Source: an uncultured Pirellulaceae bacterium (GTDB lineage: Bacteria > Planctomycetota > Planctomycetia > Pirellulales > Pirellulaceae). From it: DNA of 44,015 bases. Position 1 is the first letter of the stretch. Each line of letters begins with the position of its first letter. Below the pieces are notes generated by a model. That model was not told the DNA's origin. It searched no databases and saw nothing but the letters and a program-made list of their open reading frames with translations. The DNA lies in NCBI GenBank assembly GCA_964563475.1, contig CAZLYM010000002.1, forward strand, positions 14,958-58,972, in the 5' to 3' direction. Shown piece by piece: positions 38,701-44,015 of this stretch. The translations under genes were made by a program, and so were the position numbers.

Positions 38701-41700
38701 ACATCGAACCATCGATTGCCCGTTCCAAAGAACACCAACCGGCGCTGCCGCGCGTCAAGCTGGTTGAATGATCTGTCAGCCGGAATCCCAGTCGTCTTGC
38801 ACCAAGACAAAATCATCTCTTTCGCAACGTCTGCGTCCATTTCAGGCCACAACCCGATGGCTCCATCCTGCAACGAAAGCTCTCCATCGTTCATCACGAC
38901 CGTCGGGTCGGCGCCGGTCTGAGTCCCGATCCCCTCACAGTCTTCGCACCAGCCCAACTGAGTATTAAAGCTGAAATTGTGAGGCGTCAGTTGTTCGAAA
39001 CTTCGACCGCAGCACTCACACGCCAGATGTTGGCTATGCTTGATGACCTTCCAATGTTTTTCGTCAACTTTCTTGTCCGGCTCCGCGACCAAGAGCACGC
39101 CTTTGCCGATCGCCAACGCCGCTTCGACACTGTCGGCAATCCGAGACCGTGATTCCGGCTTGACCACCAGTCGATCAACCACAATCTCAATCGCGATTCG
39201 TTTGCGACGCGTCGGAACGGACACGTCATCAATATTCTGTGTCTGGCCATCAATGCGAACCCGCACGTAACCGCTACCCTTGATGTCGTCGAACAATTGT
39301 TCGTAGCTTTGTGTCGCGTCGGGCTCGATCGGAGCCAGCAACATCAACCGAGTGCCGGCTTCGTAACCTAAAATCTTGTCGACGATGTTGTCGCTGGTCT
39401 GAGTCCCGATCGGCACATCACAATCGGGGCAATGAGGCTTACCCAAACGAGCCATCAAAATCCGCAGGTAGTCGTAAACCTCCGTCACCGTTCCAACGGT
39501 ACTACGCGGCGAAGAACTGAGATTCTTCTGCTCGATCGCGATCGCCGGAGACAGTCCTTCAATCTGATCGACGCGAGGCTTCTCCAGCTGATTCACAAAC
39601 TGCCGAGCGTAGCTGGAAAGGCTTTCAACGTACCGGCGTTGGCCTTCCGCATAGATGGTGCTCATCGCCAGCGAGCTTTTTCCACTACCTGATGGACCGC
39701 AGAAGACGGACATCTTATCGCGAGCCACATCCACGTCGACGGACTTCAAGCTGTGCTGCTGAGCGCCACGGACTTTGATTTCTGTCGCCTGAACAGGAAC
39801 CTTGGACTTGCTCTTTTTCGGTTTGGCAATTGTTTCTCGCTCAGCCAGTGCTTTCTTCAGCGCCTGCCCGGTGTACGATCGACTGCACTCAGCGACGGTC
39901 TCGGGCGTGCCCGCCACGACCACTTCGCCACCGCCGGCGCCGCCTTCGGGCCCGATGTCAATGATCCAGTCAGCTGTTTTGATCACGTCCAAATTGTGCT
40001 CGACGACCAGCACGGTGTTGCCGGCTTCGACAAAGTTCTGCAACACGTTCAGCAACAATTGAATGTCGGCAAAATGCAAACCGGTGGTCGGTTCGTCCAG
40101 CAAGTACAGCGTCTTTCCGGTGCTACGCTTCACCAGTTCCCGCGCCAGCTTGATTCGCTGGGCCTCGCCACCCGAAAGCGTTGGCGACGGCTGGCCGATC
40201 TTCAAATAATCCAAACCAACGCTGTGCAAGGTTTTCAGTTTGTTCAAGACAACGGGAACATTCTCGAAAAACTGCATCGCCTCTTGGATGTCCATGTTCA
40301 GGACGTCGGCGATCGATTTGCCGTTGAATTTCACTTGCAGTGTTTCGCGATTGAACCGTTGGGCCTCGCAAACGGGACAAGTGACCCAAACATCCGCCAG
40401 AAAATCCATCTCCAGCTTATTGCTACCGTTGCCTTCGCAGGCTTCGCAACGACCTCCTTTGACGTTAAAGCTGAATCGCCCCGCCTTGTAGCCACGCTTT
40501 TTCGCTTCGGGCAACTTGGTGTAAAGCTTTCGGATCTCGTCGAACAACTTGATGTAGGTGCCCGGGTTGGACCGCGGCGTTCTTCCAATCGGCGACTGGT
40601 CGATCGCGATCATTTTGTCCAGCAGATCGATCCCTTGAATCGAATCGAATTCCCCCGGATCGCCAATACCACCATTCAATCGTTCACGAAGTTCTTCTTT
40701 GAGGATCTCGTTGACGAAAGAACTCTTACCGCTGCCGCTGACACCCGTTACGCAAACGAATTTGCCCAGCGGGATTTCGATGTCGATATCTTTCAGGTTG
40801 TTGTGCCGAGCCCCACAGATCTTGACCATGCGGGCCGGGTCACTCTCACGCCGCTTCTCGGGAATCGCGATCTCCAATCGACCGCTCAAGTACTGAGCCG
40901 TCAAACTGGTTTTCGATTTGATAATCTCAGACGGATGCCCCTCGACCACCACTTCACCGCCACGAACTCCAGGGCCGGGGCCAAAATCGATCAAGTAGTC
41001 GCACTGACGCATCGTGTCTTCATCGTGCTCGACCACGACGACCGTGTTCCCCAGATCACGAAGATGCTGAAGTGTGTTGATCAACCGGTCATTGTCACGA
41101 GGATGCAGCCCGATCGATGGCTCGTCCAAAATGTACAACACGCCGACCAGTCCGGCACCGATCTGTCCGGCCAGACGAATCCGCTGAGTCTCACCGCCCG
41201 ACAAGGTCGGCGCGGTGCGGTTGAGCATTAAATAGTCCAAGCCTACGTTCAACAGAAAACCTAGGCGGTTGCGAATCTCTTTGATGGGCTCAGTGGCGAC
41301 AAACTGCTTGGTGTCGTCCAAGTCCAAGCCCGCGAAAAATTCGTGGGCGTCGGAAATCGAGAGATCACAAATCTCGGAAATCGTCAGGCTGGGATTGTCA
41401 GCGAACTTTGGGCTGGCCGAATCCAATCGAAAGTGCCGCGACTGCGTGTTCAACCGAGCACCATCACATTCGACGCAATGGATTTCCGCCATGTACTCTT
41501 CGAGCGCTCGCAACTTCGGGGCGCTACTGGTGCTACGGTACTTTTCGTCGAACTCACTGACCAAGCCTTCGAATGTTCCACCGTACTTCATCGGCGAATT
41601 ACCGCCGCGCCATGTGTAGGTGATGTGCAGGTCGCCGGTTCCGTACAGCCAGATATCCTGCTGCTCTTCGGTCAATTCATCCCAAGCCGTTTCCAGCAAG

Positions 41701-42836
41701 GTGCCGGGCTCCAACCCATGTTCCTTCTCGGCCGCATCAGCAACGCCTTGATAGATGTGCCTTCGCCAACGCCCAAGATCTTTCCACTTGCCCAGCAGCG
41801 TGACCGCGCCTTGCTGAAAGGATTTGCTGGGGTCGGGAACCATCAAGTCACGATCAAAGGTGAACACTTCGCCCAGACCGTCGCAACCTTCGCACATTCC
41901 CTGCGGACTGTTAAAGCTGAACATCTGCGGAGTCGGTGGCGCAAAACTCAGGCCGCACGACGCACACGCGTAGTCGGCCGAGTAAACACGGTCGCCAGGA
42001 ACGGTGGTGGATTTTTTCCGCGAGCGGGTTTTGCGTTTGCCTTTTTTGGTTTCGGGTTCGTCCTCTTCGGAATCAGCGACAGGCTCGGCTTCTCGCTGAG
42101 GCTTTGCGTCGTCGTCGGTCACCGCCGAAACGATCAACGTTCCCTTGCCCAGCTTCAACGCCGCTTCGACTGCCTCACCAAGTCGGCCTCGGATGTCCGG
42201 TCGAGCAACCAAACGATCGACGACTAACTCGATGTTGTGGCGTTTGGTTCGATCGAGCTGAATCTCGGATCCCAGTGATACGATGTCTCCATCGACTCGG
42301 ATTCGCACGTAGCCCTGTCTCTGCAAGTCGTTCAGCAAGTCACGATGCTCACCTTTTTGGTTGCGCACCACGGGCGCGAGGATGGAGTATTCGGTTCCTT
42401 TTTTCAGTTGCAGGATGCTGCCGACAATCTGATCGCGCGATTGGGCAGAAATCGGCTGATCGCACTTGGGGCAATACCCCTGTCCCACCCGCGCGAAAAG
42501 AACTCGCAGGAAGTCATAAATCTCAGTGATCGTGCCGACGGTCGAACGTGGATTGTTGCCGGACGACTTTTGCGAAATCGAAATCGACGGGCTAAGGCCC
42601 GAGATCAAATCGACATCCGGCTTGGGCATCTGGCCCAAAAACTGACGTGCGTAGCTGGACAGGCTTTCGACGTAGCGCCGCTGTCCTTCGGCGAACACAG
42701 TATCGAACGCGAACGAGCTTTTGCCGCTACCGCTGACACCGGTCAGGCAGATCAGCTGGTTGCGCGGCAGGACAAGATTGACATCTTGAAGATTGTGTTC
42801 GCGGGCACCTTTGACAACGATATCCGAAGCAGGCAT
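35796..42836 (-). CDS. uvrA: Excinuclease ABC subunit A: tandem-duplicated (double) UvrA with a C-terminal extension
   Basis: Two full UvrA units: four Walker A motifs (GVSGSGKSS twice, GPSGSGKSS, GPSGCGKSS), AEGQRRYVESLSSYARQF twice, zinc-finger CxxC pairs, and LDEP motifs four times. Confidence 0.96.
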   Translation of the reverse strand: MPASDIVVKGAREHNLQDVNLVLPRNQLICLTGVSGSGKSSFAFDTVFAEGQRRYVESLSSYARQFLGQMPKPDVDLISGLSPSISISQKSSGNNPRSTVGTITEIYDFLRVLFARVGQGYCPKCDQPISAQSRDQIVGSILQLKKGTEYSILAPVVRNQKGEHRDLLNDLQRQGYVRIRVDGDIVSLGSEIQLDRTKRHNIELVVDRLVARPDIRGRLGEAVEAALKLGKGTLIVSAVTDDDAKPQREAEPVADSEEDEPETKKGKRKTRSRKKSTTVPGDRVYSADYACASCGLSFAPPTPQMFSFNSPQGMCEGCDGLGEVFTFDRDLMVPDPSKSFQQGAVTLLGKWKDLGRWRRHIYQGVADAAEKEHGLEPGTLLETAWDELTEEQQDIWLYGTGDLHITYTWRGGNSPMKYGGTFEGLVSEFDEKYRSTSSAPKLRALEEYMAEIHCVECDGARLNTQSRHFRLDSASPKFADNPSLTISEICDLSISDAHEFFAGLDLDDTKQFVATEPIKEIRNRLGFLLNVGLDYLMLNRTAPTLSGGETQRIRLAGQIGAGLVGVLYILDEPSIGLHPRDNDRLINTLQHLRDLGNTVVVVEHDEDTMRQCDYLIDFGPGPGVRGGEVVVEGHPSEIIKSKTSLTAQYLSGRLEIAIPEKRRESDPARMVKICGARHNNLKDIDIEIPLGKFVCVTGVSGSGKSSFVNEILKEELRERLNGGIGDPGEFDSIQGIDLLDKMIAIDQSPIGRTPRSNPGTYIKLFDEIRKLYTKLPEAKKRGYKAGRFSFNVKGGRCEACEGNGSNKLEMDFLADVWVTCPVCEAQRFNRETLQVKFNGKSIADVLNMDIQEAMQFFENVPVVLNKLKTLHSVGLDYLKIGQPSPTLSGGEAQRIKLARELVKRSTGKTLYLLDEPTTGLHFADIQLLLNVLQNFVEAGNTVLVVEHNLDVIKTADWIIDIGPEGGAGGGEVVVAGTPETVAECSRSYTGQALKKALAERETIAKPKKSKSKVPVQATEIKVRGAQQHSLKSVDVDVARDKMSVFCGPSGSGKSSLAMSTIYAEGQRRYVESLSSYARQFVNQLEKPRVDQIEGLSPAIAIEQKNLSSSPRSTVGTVTEVYDYLRILMARLGKPHCPDCDVPIGTQTSDNIVDKILGYEAGTRLMLLAPIEPDATQSYEQLFDDIKGSGYVRVRIDGQTQNIDDVSVPTRRKRIAIEIVVDRLVVKPESRSRIADSVEAALAIGKGVLLVAEPDKKVDEKHWKVIKHSQHLACECCGRSFEQLTPHNFSFNTQLGWCEDCEGIGTQTGADPTVVMNDGELSLQDGAIGLWPEMDADVAKEMILSWCKTTGIPADRSFNQLDARQRRLVFFGTGNRWFDVLDENENVAFSFQFKGVFPTLDEASRLSARLRQQLQSLIGEVECGTCGGSRLRDDSGAVRFRELSIDGICRMPLGTLQATLKKWKLDKREKKIAGELIREITSRIQFLNDVGLEYLTLSRTAASLSNGEAQRIRLASQLGSGLCGVLYVLDEPTIGLHPRDNHRLLKALHRLRDLGNTLIVVEHDKEVIENSDAIFDFGPKAGTGGGQVVASGTPEGLAKKKGSVTGPFLSGKKAISIPSNRRPALVIEDPVKAVTKKKTTKAGAKKPAKKPAKKPLELVNTIDVVQARHNNLKNISVRFPLETLTVVTGPSGCGKSSLVNEILYNSLARRLHRASTVPGAHRGIRGIEHINKVIRVDQTPLGNSPSSNPATYTGAFDLIRELFSELPDSKVRGYTARRFSFNVPGGRCEECFGNGQICIEMHFLPDVWVECEACRGRRYNEDTLAVRYNGKTIDDVLKMSCGEAIKHFSNIPKIRRILQTLCDVGLDYLTLGQSAPTLSGGEAQRVKLSAELSRPDTGRTLYLLDEPTTGLHFEDLNKLLEVLQRLVDVGNTVVLIEHNLDIIKAADWVIDMGPEAGIGGGQIVVQGTPEKIVEYADAAKAAASKTGKSKAGMPRSWTGEALAPVLAEGKYKKRPTYDPSKDDRWKKGDMDIEDVGAAAQMPWEADGRRWHTQDRVGRAGEPVKWDGDLVARVVDRIQENEGFSETKWNDRTVVEVCGTKKSSGWFFHAVTGDAWFVKLKFHVRPKTFKRDELVARMPLLTPNEMDDVPVYGNAPRVKLTNTKASWQEVEIRAHTMQELDHPEFWSFVDEAVASFLDRTQAKEVDIKEQTPWAKLGQKWHFMRKGFAAGKEVVWDVKVLETLQTVLEKTAPEGEFEWSNKQVVHFRLPEQKEPLVSIQTKKTDGVWLHVPAPKDSVTAGRVADIAEEVTVASGGKQDTLKMSFRSVDQVKNKELKKFLEEHIESLPA

Positions 42837-43427
42837 AAGCTAGATGAGTCCGTCCATTGGAATAGCGGTGAATTCGAACCAAGCATTGTACGGCTCCAGA
42901 CCAGTTTGCCCAACCGCCAAACTGAGGGCCCGTTTGAGGGCACCGAAGAGCCCTTGCGATGGAGGGCGTAACGTAGTACCCAGCAGACTTGGGGTCTTGC
43001 GGTGCGGCGAACGCCCCATTCGGATATACAAGACGATAGCAAGCGGAAGCACAAAACGCGACAATTTGGCACTACTGCACCATGCTGCACAGAATCGTGG
43101 TCACGACGGTGTGCGATCAACCGTTCCCGGACGGTGAACAGGCTCTCTGTACGGGGCGATACCGCCCCAGCTGGCCAAAAAAAATTTGCTTGAAAAATTT
43201 CTAAGACTGCCAGCAAGTCCCTACCTCAACGCTTAAGTCGAAGCACTTTTTGATCATTCGCGCTCCACGCCCCCCCACCGAGAGTTTGCGCTCCACGTTG
43301 AAATTCCCAAGATTGGGATGGAGCTTGACCTTCTCAATGGCTTCATTTTGCGAACCGCAATAGCAAATGATAAATTGAACACCTGCTCTGTCTCTCGGTT
43401 TCCGGCTTGAACCTCAGGTACTGACCC

Positions 43428-43991
43428 ATGGAATTTCTAACTGACCTCTGGCTGCCCATTCTCATCACGACGATCGTATTGTGGATTTCTAGCACCGTCG
43501 CATGGATGGTAATGCCACATCATTTCGGCGACCGACGCAAAATTGATTGCGAGGATGAATTGATGCAATTCGTCGAACAGCAAAACATCGCCGCCGGCAA
43601 CTACATGTTTCCGTACCCTGAAAAAGCATCCGACATGAACAAGCCCGAGCACATGCAGCGATATGCAAAAGGGCCTCGCGGAACGCTGAACGTGTACAAC
43701 GCGGTATCCATGCCTGTCAACGTCGGCCTGACCGTCCTTTACTTCGCCGTAACCGTCAGCATCATTGCCTATATCACTCATGTTGCCTGCCAAACAGCCG
43801 ATAACAGTACAGACTTCATGCGAGTCTTTCGAATCTCGGGTACGATCGGCATGTTGACCTACGCGTCCAACAATGTGCTCAACCGCATCTGGTTTCGGCA
43901 GCGTGTCTGGACCGACATGGTCGATGGTATCGTTTACGGCTTTCTGCTGGGCATCATCTTCGCGTCATTGTGGAAATATCCCGTCGGGTAA
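43428..43991 (+). CDS. Conserved hypothetical membrane protein
   Basis: About four hydrophobic helices, with WMVMPHH and GNYMFPY motifs. Confidence 0.75.
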   Translation: MEFLTDLWLPILITTIVLWISSTVAWMVMPHHFGDRRKIDCEDELMQFVEQQNIAAGNYMFPYPEKASDMNKPEHMQRYAKGPRGTLNVYNAVSMPVNVGLTVLYFAVTVSIIAYITHVACQTADNSTDFMRVFRISGTIGMLTYASNNVLNRIWFRQRVWTDMVDGIVYGFLLGIIFASLWKYPVG

Positions 43992-44015
43992 ATTGCTTGC
44001 AAATTCCGACCTTTT

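Noticed and set aside
36474-42971. Long plus-strand ORFs (for example 39753..41231, 492 aa; 36474..37430; 41343..42227)
   Set aside because: Antisense shadows of uvrA with no recognisable motifs; expected from codon bias.
43153-43175. GGGGCGAT resembling a tmRNA 5' end
   Set aside because: It closes as a local hairpin and lacks the following GGATTCGAC-type motif and a tRNA-like 3' end.

Overview
Bacterial chromosomal window, mostly core genes. It is most likely from a planctomycete (Pirellulales-like), inferred from the tandem double UvrA, the exported sulfatase, the acidic-tailed FtsK and the ribosomal operon layout. Left to right: a partial coiled-coil CDS, a TPR protein, a SAM methyltransferase, gap, an OsmC-like protein, an OxyR-like LysR regulator, sdhCAB, a secreted hypothetical, ftsK, a SET-domain protein divergent from a second methyltransferase, a sulfatase, and a YbjQ-YbjQ-PrsW operon. 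Then come the S10-spc ribosomal operon (minus strand, rpsJ to secY, lacking rplX and rpmD), a MacB/FtsX-type ABC transporter with a degenerate ZnuA-like lipoprotein, an exported AhpC/TSA-like protein, a DUF2071-like protein, a 2346-aa double UvrA and a membrane protein. The strongest unexpected signal is that the two AhpC/TSA ORFs at 33659-33976 and 34046-34333 are one reading frame. It is interrupted by a TGA exactly at the first position of the CxxC motif (W-U-P-F-C) and followed by a SECIS-like hairpin, so it is a candidate exported selenoprotein next to an atypical metal-type ABC system. No rRNA, tRNA, CRISPR array or transposase was recognised. All family assignments come from motif recognition by eye, not database searches.
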